Assembly (NCBI RefSeq): GCF_006345805.1 | Contig: NC_042997.1 | Location: 147,746,001 to 147,810,000 of the forward strand | DNA from: Octopus sinensis | Lineage: Eukaryota | Reading direction: 5' to 3' | DNA length: 64,000 nt | Shown: positions 23,044-36,342 of the stretch, piece by piece | Position numbering within the stretch: the first letter of the stretch is position 1 | Layout of the letters: each line of letters starts with the position of its first letter | Program-made: the position numbers and the translations under genes | Notes under the pieces: model-generated | The model's input: only the letters and a program-made list of their open reading frames with translations | What the model was told of the DNA's origin: nothing | Databases searched by the model: none

Positions 23044-23522
23044 ATGACTTCTCCGTCTTCTTTGTATGGAAAAGTAAAGCAGCTAAACGAAGAAATGTCG
23101 ATCATAGAAGTTAATTATGTATTATAAAGTCACACTGGAATTTCATTTTCAGTTTCAGTCAAGATTCTGTTCAATCAGAATAATTTGGTTAATCCTCTGG
23201 GTTTTTGATTATTAGGCAGTTTAATCTGGCAGGTACATACGCAGACACTTATACACACACATACAGACACACACACACACACATGAAGATAAACACAGCA
23301 CAAATGGCATATTTCACGGATTTACACATGAATGAATGTACTTCAAAGTATCTACCTATGTATGTCTATTTCTGCATACACATATATGCTTTCATATGTA
23401 TATACATATTGTATGCAAATATGTGTACATGCACATACTCACACTCAATATATACACATACATGCATATATTTATATATGCTATTGCGTGTGTACATACA
23501 TATACATATATATGTATACATA

Positions 23523-23559
23523 TAACACACAAACGAACACATATTTATATATATATATA

Positions 23560-23622
<63 letters not shown>

Positions 23623-23669
23623 TATATATATATAAATATATATATAAATATGTGTTCGTTTGTGTGTTA
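23523..23669. repeat. palindrome centred on (TA)n
   Basis: taacacacaaacgaacacatatttatata (23523-23551) is the exact reverse complement of 23641-23669. Confidence 0.9.
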
Positions 23670-24169
23670 ATATATGTATCTTTTACATATACAAGTTTAT
23701 GCCCATAGAAGCATACCCTAATCTTCGTGACTAATGTATATTCCATAATCAAATTATATTACCACAAAGAGAGTGAATAATAACCCGAACAAATATAGCA
23801 TAAATATAGTTACTCATGAAAAGATTTCAGTCATTAAAGGAGAAAATATAGTTTGAATATCACTCACAAAATAAACATAATAGAATGTGATGTGATAGTG
23901 TCTTGCGGCTTATCTATTTACTCGCCAAAATCTATTGAAAATCTCGCAATTATCGAGAAAATATGTCCTCAATTGTACGAAAATATCTGTTGATAAAGGA
24001 AAGCGACCACTAACAAGTACTAAAATGTTATAATTACCACGAATATATTCTTCTATTGTTGTCAGTGTTATGTCGCATAAATAGTATTATTTTGTTTCCA
24101 GTGAATATGTTACACACACAAATATATTATTTACAAGTTACTGCATTTCGTCTTTCTCTCTCTCTCTCT

Positions 24170-24206
24170 CTAATATATATTATATATATATATAAATATA
24201 TGTTTG

Positions 24207-24275
<69 letters not shown>

Positions 24276-24277
24276 TT

Positions 24278-24322
<45 letters not shown>

Positions 24323-24332
24323 ATTATATATG

Positions 24333-24385
<53 letters not shown>

Positions 24386-24397
24386 GTATATATATAT

Positions 24398-24465
<68 letters not shown>
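24170..24465. repeat. long imperfect (TA)n tract
   Basis: Direct. Confidence 0.95.
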
Positions 24466-24466
<1 letters not shown>

Positions 24467-26849
24467 TTCCGTTATGAAAATATGTTCAGATTCTTTCTTT
24501 CTTTCTTCTTGTTTCTCCTTCCTCCTTTCTACCTCTTCCTTCTCCTTCACCTCTTTCGTTCTCTTGCGGAGAACTTGATGGAGGGACGGATTCGAGGTAT
24601 TTAATTGAGTTCTCAGTTCAAAACATTCACAGTTCCGGTGTCAGCAAAAACTAATTTCTTGGACCTCTCGTATGACTATCCCCTCCCTCAAATTTGAGAT
24701 ATTTTACCAATGATAGACCTGAATATTCTTCTATTACTGATAACGTAATTTTAATGCGATGTTTGAATAGACTGCCCTGCGGTATTTGTTCTGTTCACTG
24801 ACTTCAAATATCACCGAAATCAGCTATCGGAGCTGATGAAAATGTACCAACGGAGGGAGGGTAAGCTACCATAGGTTATATTCTTATACCGCAGATAGAA
24901 ACTCACTTGCTGTCTCTTTCCCTTTAAAGGGCTCGATAAACTATTGCCGCGTAAGTTTTTTTTTTTTTTTTTTCACTTTCCGAGTTTGACTATATCTGTT
25001 ATATACAGAGGTTTATTCTTTTGAGATTTAATGGTATATTATGAAGAATAATTGATGTTTCCAAGTCACTTCTATGTCCTGCAAGGAGAAAGAAATAGCC
25101 GCTGCTAATTTTTGGATTTAACGTTTGCAGGTAGACGTTTCCCGAAAGGAAAAACAGAAAGAGAGGGACTTTCAGAATTAATCCAATTTAGAAAAATATG
25201 TTTAGGAAGAGATTTGAGATGTGAGATGGATGACCAAAAGGAAAGGAAAACATTGTGATGTTTAAAGGAAGCAGTACAAATGTAGTTAAAGTGTCAAACG
25301 GAGTTTACAGTAGGTCACCGTAGATACTGGACTGTTTTGACACTCTGAGCTGTCAATGGGTTGGATTGTTTTCGTTTGGATGCTATCTGTACGCCACCTG
25401 TACCACTTTCTTATACTTTTGAGGTTTCTTCAATAATCCTAAATCACTATTTGTAAATTTTTAGATCAGTATTAGCAAAGTGGTAATTTTTGTTCACGAA
25501 ACGCATCGATGATTTCCTTTCAAAGTTTAGAAAAAGAGGATTAACTTCTTTTGTGAATTCAGTTAAGAAAATATCCCAAACACTTTGATTTTTCATTTAA
25601 TAGAATTTTTATTCTCAGGGATTTTATATCTGCAGGATATTCGATTTTTCTGCCCTTCGACATTAAGGGTTATTTCCTATTTGTTTCTATCTAGAAATCA
25701 AAGGAAATGAATATTATTTCCTTCGAACTTTGGTTTTATGACCTGGACATCTATGCTTTGAAACTGACTTATTTTCATTACATGTCAGACAGATTCAGCA
25801 CTGAGATGCTAAAGCAGAAATATCGTTGTAGCAAATATTCTGCTCAATGCCAGAAATATGCTTGTCACTTTCTTGGCCAAAACCATTTGAGCAAGTCCCT
25901 TACTGGCCGACAATATCTGAATCTCTGATCATGGGCAAGAGTATTGGGAAATCATTATAATCATGTTTTGAGAGGGATTCTTTGGGATTTGAAAAAGAAA
26001 TGTAACAAAAGTAAAGTTTGAAGGAAATAGCCGCTTTTCATGCATTCTAGAAGTAAGAAAATCGGAAATAAAAGTTGCTACCCAAGGAAAAAAATCGTGT
26101 TACAGTCTAATACATTGGTGATTCTGTTAAAGTGTAATGGAAGAGTCAAATCAGTTGGGTTACTCTACTACATTTCAAATTCACTATGCGAACTCACAAT
26201 AAAGGGGTGGGGGCGTCGGAAAAATGCTTTGCGATATTTTTTTTCGACTCTTTGCATTCTGAATTCAAATCTCGCCGAGATCATCGTTGGTTTTATCCTT
26301 CCGCTGTTGATAAAATAAGTGATCAAATAAGTACCAATTAAGTACTGGAGTCAATGTAACCGACTTCACTCCACTCAAAAAAAAAAAAGAAAAAATTACT
26401 GTCTTTGTACGAATATTGGAAACGAAACTACTACATTTGAAGTCACGTCACTAATTTAACTGCAAGATCTACATATTTGACAATCATTATATGTTGATTC
26501 AGCAAATAAATATTTATCTCTTCCATCAATGGTAGTCAAATTGTATAAATAGAGGTGTTTGTTTAAAATATAATACTGTAGACATACTGCCTCGTCTATC
26601 AATATTGTTTCATCTATTAACTGAATTCAGGCTTTGCTAGAAATCAATATTCGTATTTATAACCCTTTCGGTATGGGGTCGTTAATAAGCGATTTTCCGA
26701 ATGTATACCGAGAAATCAAAATTATAAAATAAAAGATTCCAAATATCATATCACTTTTCGAAAACAATTATATGCATTCAATTTCAGTTTAATATTAATT
26801 TTTCAACATTTTAAATCAGGATAACATTCAAAAATATTAGCTTCCAATT

Positions 26850-27236
26850 TTGGTACAAGGCCAGCAATTTCGGGGAAGACGTAAGTCGATTATATCGACC
26901 CCCAGTGCGTAACAGGTACTTATTTAATCGACCTCGAAAGGATGAAAGGCAAAGTCGACCTCGGCGTAATTTGAACTCAGAACGTAGCGGCAGACGTAAT
27001 GCCTATTTCTTTACTACCCACAAGGGGCTAAACACAGAGGGGACAAACAAGGACAGACAAACAGATTAAGTCGATTATATCGACCCCAGTGCGTAACTGA
27101 TACTTAATTTATCGACCCCGAAAGGATGAAAGGCAAAGTCGACCTCGGCGGCATTTGAACTCAGAACCTAACGGCAGACGAAATAAGGCTAGGCATTTCG
27201 CCCGGCGTGCTAACGTTTCTGCCATCTCGCCGCCTT
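26850..27236 (-). mobile_element. dimeric SINE family B (head-core-tail1 + core-tail2)
   Basis: Full monomer about 27004-27235 abuts a head-truncated second unit 26850-27003; junction gcggcagacgtaatgcc|tatttctttactaccc. Confidence 0.85.
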
Positions 27237-27871
27237 AACATGCAGAAATAGTAATTACTCTAAATTATCAATTGTCCTGAGACAAACACACTAACTTTAC
27301 TTAATTCTGTCGAATTAAATTCTGAGTTGGAAACATACCAGTGTAGCCTTTCTAGAATGAATATAAAACATATTTTGATTTCAAATAAATCAGTTATACG
27401 CTTCAAACTTCAAGAGTGATTAAAATAAATACTGCATTAGTACTTATTTAGCTTTCTACCCCAAGATGCCCGGCCTCATGCTAACGTTATTAATGCTGCA
27501 TCCAGTTTTATTAATAGAGGTTTCATTGAACTGTTGATATGTCACTGAAAAGGAAATATCGAAAATCAGTTTTATTAAACGTTTAAACTACAAAGACATC
27601 CCTAGCTTATCACGTAATAATATAGTGGTAGTATTTGACGAGTTCTTGAGTATACTACCAAGCAATTTCCGAGAGTTCTCACTATTGTTTACGTCAGCAA
27701 CACTGTGTTGGTTACTTTAAGCTGGTGCACGAAGCATCCGGATATTCTGTTTGTTCCATATTCTATACTAATTCCTTAAATAACATACCCATATTTAATG
27801 ACACATTTCACTCCCGCCACATATGTGTTAATTGGATTATGGCCTATAGGCTTAAGGACTATAATACTACG

Positions 27872-27919
<48 letters not shown>

Positions 27920-27974
27920 GTGTTTGTGTACGCATGTATGTATATAGATATATACACATATATAAAAACGCATT

Positions 27975-28151
27975 TAGTCGCAGGTGTGGCTGTGTAGTCA
28001 GAAGCTTGCTTCCCAACCACATGGTTCCGGGTTCAATCTTACTGCATGGCACCTTGGGAAAGTCTGGTGCATATTTCTAACTTGCCAGCTCTGGTCAAAA
28101 CGTCCAACCCATGCCAGCATGGACAACAGACGTTAACTGATGATGATGAAG

Positions 28152-28209
<58 letters not shown>

Positions 28210-28227
28210 ATGTGAGTCTGTGTATTG

Positions 28228-28260
<33 letters not shown>

Positions 28261-28520
28261 TACAAACACACAAATATATGTATGTATATATGTATATGTA
28301 TTTATGTGTGTTTTTGTGTCTGTGTTTGTCACTCCTCTTTATCACTTGACAATCGATCTTAGCGTCTTTACGTCTCTGTAATTTGGCGGTTTGGCAAAAG
28401 TGACCGATAGAAGAGGTACAAAGAATAAGTCCCGGGGTCGATTTCTTCAACTAAAACTCTTTAATGCGGTGTTCCAGAGTGGGTGCATTCAAATGACGGA
28501 AACGTTTTAAAGAATAAAAG
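27975..28520 (+). mobile_element. SINE family A interrupted by another retroposon tail and microsatellites
   Basis: Head 27975-28065, foreign segment …gtccaacccatgccagcatggacaacagacgttaactgatgatgatga (28070-28150), family A tail 28310-28520. Confidence 0.7.
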
Positions 28521-28590
28521 CATAAAAGAATATGTATATATAAAATCTATATTAAATCTCTGAGTGAGAGGTAAACAGTAACAGTACGGA

Positions 28591-28863
28591 ATCGTAAAAT
28601 ATATTTGCCAACTAAATGTGGCGGTTTATAGAGGACGATGTTACTGTTGTTTCTAGCGCCAGGAAGACATCCCCTCCTGTTGGCTAACGACACTCTATCT
28701 GTGTTCGATTAGTATTTGCGATGACCTCCCCTCGTAAATATTCATCGGAAACAGACAGTATGTCGTTAACTAGCTGGAGGAAACGTCTTCCTGGGGCTGA
28801 AACGACCAGTAACATTGTCCTCTATGGGACCGCCACATTTAGTTGGGAAATATATTTTACGAT
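28591..28863. mobile_element. hairpin MITE (about 115-bp arms)
   Basis: atcgtaaaatatatttgccaactaaatgtggcgg… is inverted to …ccgccacatttagttgggaaatatattttacgat; pairing continues inward to a ~45-bp spacer. Confidence 0.85.
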
Positions 28864-28873
28864 ATAATGTATT

Positions 28874-28925
<52 letters not shown>

Positions 28926-29169
28926 TGGCGGCCAAAATGTCAGAACGGCATTGTTTTCGTCAGAAAAGTAGAAATACTTTTTTATCGAAGTTGTTTTCTA
29001 TTCTATAATTTTCACAGACACTACATACGATATTATTTGTTATTGCCTGAGATTTTGGTGTAATTTGAGAGGATAATACAAAGGTTATGGATGATTTAGT
29101 GATTTACTGCAAAACCCATGGCGGACAAAATATTTGAAAAAATAACAAAATAATCAAAATAATCAAAAA

Positions 29170-29225
29170 CCGCGATCCTACGACCGCGAGTCCGCTGCCC
29201 TAACCACTGGGCCATTACGCCTCCA
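29170..29225 (-). mobile_element. isolated tRNA-like SINE head
   Basis: Minus strand gtggaggcgtaatggcccagtggttagggcagcggactcgcggtcgtaggatc, related to the family C head. Confidence 0.6.
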
Positions 29226-29801
29226 CACTCACACACACACACACACATACACACACACACATATATGTTTGTGTATATAATGTACGTGAGTATATCTGTA
29301 GGTGTGTGTTTGGCTGTGTATACTTAGACACTCGTTCACATATAAATATATCAGCATATACTGAGAATAACTTAAAATCCGATTACTCTGGACGTGAAAA
29401 TAAATTATCGCGTAGTCATAAAGATAATGCTACTTGTAATAATAAGCAATTCACAAGACAACTTAAAAGTATGATTATAAGTAAGTGGATTTTATCCATC
29501 TTACCAATAAATCAGATGTATCGCGACATAAGAACTCATAAATATAATCGACAGGCGAAGTGATAAAAGCAGAATCTTGAGCTACGATAGCTCTAACACT
29601 AGTTAAATAACCACCAATATCTTCATTCAATCCACCTCTTTAGCAAACTAACGTAGATAACTTTCTACTTTACATTATGTTATCGCAAATTTGAATGTTG
29701 TAGTATCTGTTTAGCCGCGTGAGTGACCTGATGGATCAGATTTACGTTCAAAAGCTCCCCAGCTGCCATTATTCGGTTCGATATTTTAGTCAACCTGGAA
29801 G

Positions 29802-30341
29802 TACAGGGTGGACCAAAATGATCTGACACATTCTCAAAATAAGAAATAATGAAAAGAAAAATTTTATTTTCTGAATATACATATAATGCCATTTTATTTC
29901 ATTAAGTTTTAAAAATTAAATCAGCTAAATGCTTACCACCATTATCAACACACTGTTGGAGATGTTCATGAAAGTTATCGATATCTCTATGGATCATTTC
30001 TTCTGGAATGGTGAAATGTGATTTCTTCTTGTGGGGATATTTATAATAAAAGAATCCAGTCATCGCCCTCGATCTATTGATGAATTAAAACGTGCAATTT
30101 ATGTAGAAATAGCAACCATTCTAGAAGAAGTGATCCATAGAGTTATCGATAACTTTCATGAACGTCTCCATCAGTGTGTTGACAATGATGGGAAGCATTT
30201 AGCTGATTTAATTTTTAAAACTTAATGAAATAAAATGGCATTATATGTACATTCAGAAATTAAAAATTTTCATTTCATTATTTCTTATTTTGCGCTTTTA
30301 TTAAGCCTCCAAATGTGTCAGATCATTTTGGTCCACCTGGA
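29802..30341. mobile_element. Tc1/mariner-derived foldback element made of two inverted 3' ends
   Basis: TIR TA-cagggtggaccaaaatgatctgacac / gtgtcagatcattttggtccacctg; arms about 210-235 bp; centre and right arm encode CDFFLWGYL…RSIDELKRAI…NFHERLHQCVDNDGKHLADLIFKT*. Confidence 0.85.
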
Positions 30342-31639
30342 ATATTATCATTATTCAAAGTCATCCCCACCTCTTTTTTTTTAAGAAGATGGAATTTAAT
30401 TTGATAAAATTTTATTACTACTTCTAGTAAATCATTTTACCAGTTATTTTCCCATGTCATCTCGATTTGAATGTATGCTGTGCTAAATCCGTGCACTGTG
30501 TTGTTTACGGTAAACAATTGAATTCACATCACCACCACTAAATAGAGGAAGGTTCTATATAATCAGTCAACTTGCTCGAAGTAGAAGCTAAGTCCCTCTA
30601 ATCACATTTCTCGATCCCAGCAAATTGCAACTTTTGGAAACTGCTCCAAATACCACAATCCTGTATTAATTCATTGAAAGAAGTTCTCATGTGGTTCTGC
30701 TACTAACACTCTCACAGTGAGTTTTTCTGCCCTGCACTATCTATCTAAATTTTTTTCTGTCTCTTCGCTCACGAAGTGTTCTGAAAGTGCAATGTACTCT
30801 TGAAAGGTCATAAGCATTTGTAAATCCATGCTGACTCCTTCTGATCACTTGTTCTTAGTTACTTCTGCGTTTACCACACGCCCCTATTGAACACCAAAGG
30901 ACAGCGAAACAGGATTTAGTGTCACTGCCATAACCACAACATTTGATGACCCTGGATCATTTATTGAGGTAAAAGTTTATGGGAATGTTTCATTCACGTT
31001 TTTGAAGGTCAGGCTGATAGCACGGAGTGTTTTATATTAGTTGCTTGATAAAATACTGATGCACATGCCGGCTTTAGCCTTCTTTAATTGATAACTAATG
31101 GGCTTAGAGAAAGCCATGTACACCCTCTCGAAGAAAAAGTTTCTGGTGAAATAATTCTTCCACGTTTTATAGACGGAATTATACTTTTATGAAAAATGTC
31201 CTTGTTGGGCACGTTTTGATTAGTTCATTTTATTTATCTCTTTAATTTAATTATTTATTCATTTCTTTATTTTTTTCTTTATTTTCTTTCTAAAAATTCA
31301 TTGTTTTCTAACAAAGTATACGTGTGCTACAGCAAAACAGGTTTGTCTACGTTTGAAGATGTTTTTCTTTTAGAGAGGTTAGCATTTTGCTTTTTAGTTT
31401 TGAGATTGCGTTCAGTACCAAACTAACTGCAGCTAGTTTGTTTTGCCTATAAAACGAAATAAAAGATAATTTTAAAACTTCTTACTCTCCCTTGTAAATA
31501 TGTTCACGCGACACGACACGCAGACTTAAAAAATCGAATTCATTGAAAAATTTTTAATACATAAACGACAAAGAAAAGTACACGAAGAAACGTTATATCA
31601 CAGTAAGAAAACAACACCAAAAAGCAATGATGTTGTTAA

Positions 31640-32060
31640 TAATGGTTTCTGATTTAGGCACAAGTCAGGCGATTTGGAGATAATTACATGTCAATATCAT
31701 CAAGCTCAGTACTTGATTGGTACTTTATTTTATTGATTCCACAAAAATGAAAGGCAAAGGTAACCTCGGCGAGATTTGAACTCAGATCATAACGAACCAG
31801 AAGAAACCTTTTAACCATTTTGTCCGACGTGCCAAAGATTCTGCTATTTCCCTTTATGATGATTTTTCTGGTATAGTTACTGGGCCTACACTTTGAGGGG
31901 AGACAGCTAGTCGGTTACATTTATCCCAATACTCGACCAGTACTCGTTTTATGGAACCCGAGAGGATAAAAGATTAGGTCTTCTTCGGTGGAATTTGAAC
32001 TCAGGACGTAAATCCGGAAGGAATGATGTCAGGGATTGTGTCCGGCGGGCTAACGATTAT
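31640..32060 (-). mobile_element. two tandem degenerate SINE B copies
   Basis: aaatgaaaggcaaagg…ctcggcgagatttgaactcag and a second …cggtggaatttgaactcagg unit. Confidence 0.65.
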
Positions 32061-32194
32061 ACTAACTCCCACCACTAATGATGATAACAATAATGATGAT
32101 AACAATATGAGTATAAAAAAAGATAATGATAAACAGTTGATAAAATGTCTTGAACAAAAGCTATCATAAGATTTCCGAAAATAATTACAGGAAA

Positions 32195-32290
32195 AGTTTT
32201 ATTATTATTATTATTATTACTATTATTATTATTAGTAGTAGTAGTAGTATAGTAGTAGTAGTAGTAGTTGTAGTAGTAGTAGTAGTTAGA
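32195..32290. repeat. compound (ATT)n-(AGT)n microsatellite
   Basis: Direct. Confidence 0.9.
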
Positions 32291-32984
32291 CAAACAACAT
32301 CCAGTCACAAAAACATTCAGCGACTTTCTGCGGTTTCTTCTCTCACAGACACGGCGAAATTTACGCGCACAGACAAACCAATACTCCCATGTGTATGACT
32401 TACACATACATCACACAGAAACGAACATATTGGATGATAAACTCATTGGCAGAATCTACTGTAGTTATTCACAATCAAGCGAAATAGACATGTTTTCACA
32501 ATGTCGACACATACAATCATAAAAAAAACGACGAATATAGTTGTTTGTGCGTATGTAACATTTGTGAAAAACTGTAGCTATTATCAGATAACATAAAAGG
32601 GTTTGGTTCTCCTATCTTTTATATTATTGTTTTTCACAAAGGCAGACACAATACAAAGACAGACAAACACGCACGAATTTTAGTAAACAAGCCTAGAATT
32701 TTTGCTAACAGTTATGCGTCGAATATATATATATATAGATTGTGAAGTGCAGTGATGGATTGATCGGCCGAGTTTTAATTAAATTTATAATACTACACAG
32801 GAATGATGCTGGCAATAAAATCATGCCTGGGACTTATCTTCTTAATTCTGGATGGATAAAGCTTGAAGTCGAACACGGTGAAATTTTACGCTCAGATTTG
32901 AAAGGGATGTAACAAAATTCCATATTAATATACGTTCACTCTACCGATTCGGTGAGCCATATGTCTCATTAAACAAATACTCCA

Positions 32985-33290
32985 CACTCCGCCGTTGCCG
33001 ACGACGACGACGACAACGTGGGTTCCAGTTGATCGGATCAACGGAACAGCCTGCTCGTGAAATTAACGTGCATGTGGCTGAGCACTTTACAGACACGCGT
33101 ACACTTAACGTAGTTCTCAGGGAGATTCAACGTGACATAGAATGTGACAAGGTTGATCCTTTCAACTTCTACAGCTGAGTGAAATGGAGCAACGTGAAAT
33201 AAAGTGTCTTGCTCAAGAACTGCCAGCAATAGTACTCAGGATCTTACGATCGACACCCGAATACCCTGACCACTATGTCACGAGTCTCTC
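32985..33290 (-). mobile_element. older diverged SINE family C copy
   Basis: gatcaacggaacagcctgctcgtgaaattaacgtgc…gagcaacgtgaaataaagtgtcttgctc matches 7833-8155. Confidence 0.85.
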
Positions 33291-34009
33291 ATTAAACAAA
33301 TAGAAGGAAATCATTTACTTTTAATGCGCATGCAACGATTTCACACCACAACTACGTTGCTTCGGTTTCGATGCCAGTGAGCAGAATCTTGTGAAAGCGT
33401 TTAAAATATAGAGTTGGGTTGATGAATACATTTGCGAGTGTATTTCGGTGGAGAAAAACACTGCGTAGAGCCGTCAGAGCAGGCGTTCCACATCTTAGGT
33501 GATGGGTTGACTTATTCCTTTGTCCGATTTAGCTCCAATACTTATTTCTTGGGTACTATTAGTAAAATTCATTCAGATATACGTAATTTGGCTAGGTCTC
33601 CTTCCTTTTCCTTCGTTCGTTCATTCATTCGTTCCATCTCCCTTAATTCCACCACTTTCGGCGGTCTACAGGAGAGAATGAGATCAACTCGTTCTCATCT
33701 TAAGACATTTATTAAGAGAACAATGAGAGGGAAAATAACATTTTTAAAACTGAAAGCCAAACTGTCAAAACTATTTCTGGTAATTTTTAATATTGTAAAT
33801 TTTTCATCGGAACTAAATAGGATTAAACCATATAAAAATTAAATAGGTTCGTTTTGCATTATTTATTTAGCATTTGTTAGATCTTCATTTACAAACATAA
33901 GATAAAATGTTGTTGTTTAGCTTCGAGACGGCAATGCTCAAGAAAGACTATAAATAAACATGTCACAACTGCGACCAATCTGTCTTTGCTATATCTTACA
34001 GTATTTGAA

Positions 34010-34210
34010 GGCGGCGTGTTGACAGAATCGTTAGCAGGTCAGACAAAATAATTAGCGCCATTTTGTTCGTTTTTACGCTCAAAGTTCAAATTCTAACGAG
34101 GTCGACTTTGCATCTTATTCTTTGGGGCTCGGTAAAATAAATACCGGTTGAGCACTGAAATCAATATTCACTTCCACGAATTTGCTGGCCTTGTACCAAA
34201 ATTTGAATCC
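34010..34210 (+). mobile_element. degenerate SINE B (tail 2)
   Basis: gaaggcggcgtgttgacagaatcgttagc…gttcaaattctaacgaggtcgactttgc…ggccttgtaccaaaatttgaa. Confidence 0.7.
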
Positions 34211-34276
34211 GATGTAGCTTCTTGTATATGGAATGAGAATATCTGATACGAATCTGAGAGTACGTAAAGGTGGATA

Positions 34277-35145
34277 GCCAATTCTTAAAAGTCAGCTAAG
34301 GACAATCACACGTGAAACCAACCACAAAAAAACAAATCAACAGTACAACGAAATCAAATACCAATCCCTTTAAAATGGCAACCACTTTAACAGTAGCAGA
34401 ATCACCATCCCACTACATCTAGGCATTCAAAGCAGTTGGCCAACGGTCCTTCAGGAACAATATAACTTGATAAACTCAGTGACCACTACTAAATTCAGAC
34501 CACGACAGACAGAGAGGATGTTCTTGAAGCCGATGATGTGAACTTACGGAGACAATATTTACATATCGCCTGAGGAAACACAACTAAATCACATAATGCA
34601 GGAAAACAGTTGCATAATCAAGTACCAGTACTGGAGAACTACGTTGCATGGAAACAATTGTAGCGATTAAAAAAGTAGATGCCCAACCGTTCTCCTTGTT
34701 GACTCCAAATTTAATTCAATTATATATATATATATAAATATATAAACTTTGGTTATACACCTGGTAGTATGCCGATTAAAGCCCTTTCACTGTGTTTGGC
34801 TTCCTGATGTCATTCACAGTATTGATAGAAATGCCACTAGCTCAACCTCAGGAACTCCTCAGTACCCATCGAGTATATCACAAATGAGAGAAACAGAAAA
34901 TGGAGCTAGGTACCTTTTGATAATTGAGTGAGGTACTTTTTGAAGAGCACCTGACGAGACACGTCTGCACGAAAGGATGCCTCATAACCAGTTGTAAATT
35001 ATCTCATACGCGAGAGATCCATGCAAGAAGATTGTTGTGAATAGGAAAGAGTCTCGTGAATATCATTTCCTGATTCTCCAATTTCTTATATATGTATATA
35101 TCGTATGTGTGTGTGCATATTGTAGAAGACCGCCGGCCTGCATTG

Positions 35146-35190
<45 letters not shown>

Positions 35191-35318
35191 AATGCGGCGT
35201 CTACACATATGCACACACATACAGATATACCATATATATGAATATCATTTCCTGATTCTCCAATTTCTTATATATGTATATATCTGTATGTGTGTGCATA
35301 TGTGTAGACGCCTGCATT

Positions 35319-35368
<50 letters not shown>

Positions 35369-36214
35369 GCAGGCGTCTACACATATGCACACACATACAG
35401 ATATATACATATATAAGAAATTGGAGAATCAGGAAATGATATTCACGAGACTCTTTCCTATTCACAACAATCTTCTTGCATGGATCTCTCGCGTATGAGA
35501 TAATTTACAACTGGTTATGAGGCATCCTTTCGTGCAGACGTGTCTCGTCAGGTGCTCTTCAAAAAGTACCTCACTCAATTATCAAAAGGTACCTAGCTCC
35601 ATTTTCTGTTTCTCTCATTTGTGATATACTCGATGGGTACTGAGGAGTTCCTGAGGTTGAGCTAGTGGCATTTCTATCAATACTGTGAATGACATCAGGA
35701 AGCCAAACACAGTGAAAGGGCTTTAATCGGCATACTACCAGGTGTATAACCAAAAGTTTATATTTTATATATATATTATATAATTGAATTAAATTTGGAG
35801 TCAACAAGGAGAACGGTGGGCATCTACTTTTTTAATCGCTACAATTGTCCATGCAACGTGTTCTCCAGTATGGTACTTGAGTATGCAACTGTTTTCCTGC
35901 ATTATGTGATTTAGTTGTGTTTACCTAGGCGATATGTAAATATGTCTCCGTAAGTTCACATCATCGGCTTCAGAAACATCCTCTCTGGTCTGTGGTCTGA
36001 ATTTAGTAGTGGTCACTGAGTTTATCAATATATTGTTTCCTGAAGGACGTTGCCACACGGCTTTGAATGCCTAGATGTAGTGGGATGGGATCTGCTACTG
36101 TTAAAGTGGTTGCCATTTTAAAGGGATTGGTATTTGATTTCGTTGTACTGTTGATTTGTTTTTTTGTGGTTGGTTTCACGTGTGATTGTCCTTAGCTGAC
36201 CTTTAAGAATTGGC
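34277..36214. repeat. about 0.85-kb-armed inverted duplication around (TA)n
   Basis: 34277-~35140 is inverted to ~35365-36214; the identical peptide appears in ORFs 34749..34931(+) and 35571..35807(-). Confidence 0.92.
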
Positions 36215-36342
36215 CTATACGTACATATTCATGGTCGTTCACATATACATCCATATATGTGCCAACACTCGGACACACACGCACTTTCTCGCATTTAGTA
36301 TTTCGCTATATGTTTATACCAAGAAGCAATTAAGATAATTTT

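Noticed and set aside
34944-34990. Hammerhead-like CUGACGAG…CGAAAGGAUGCCUC (also 35515-35560 and 36495-36540)
   Set aside because: Core words are present, but stem I (gagcac vs auaac) does not pair and stem II is poor.
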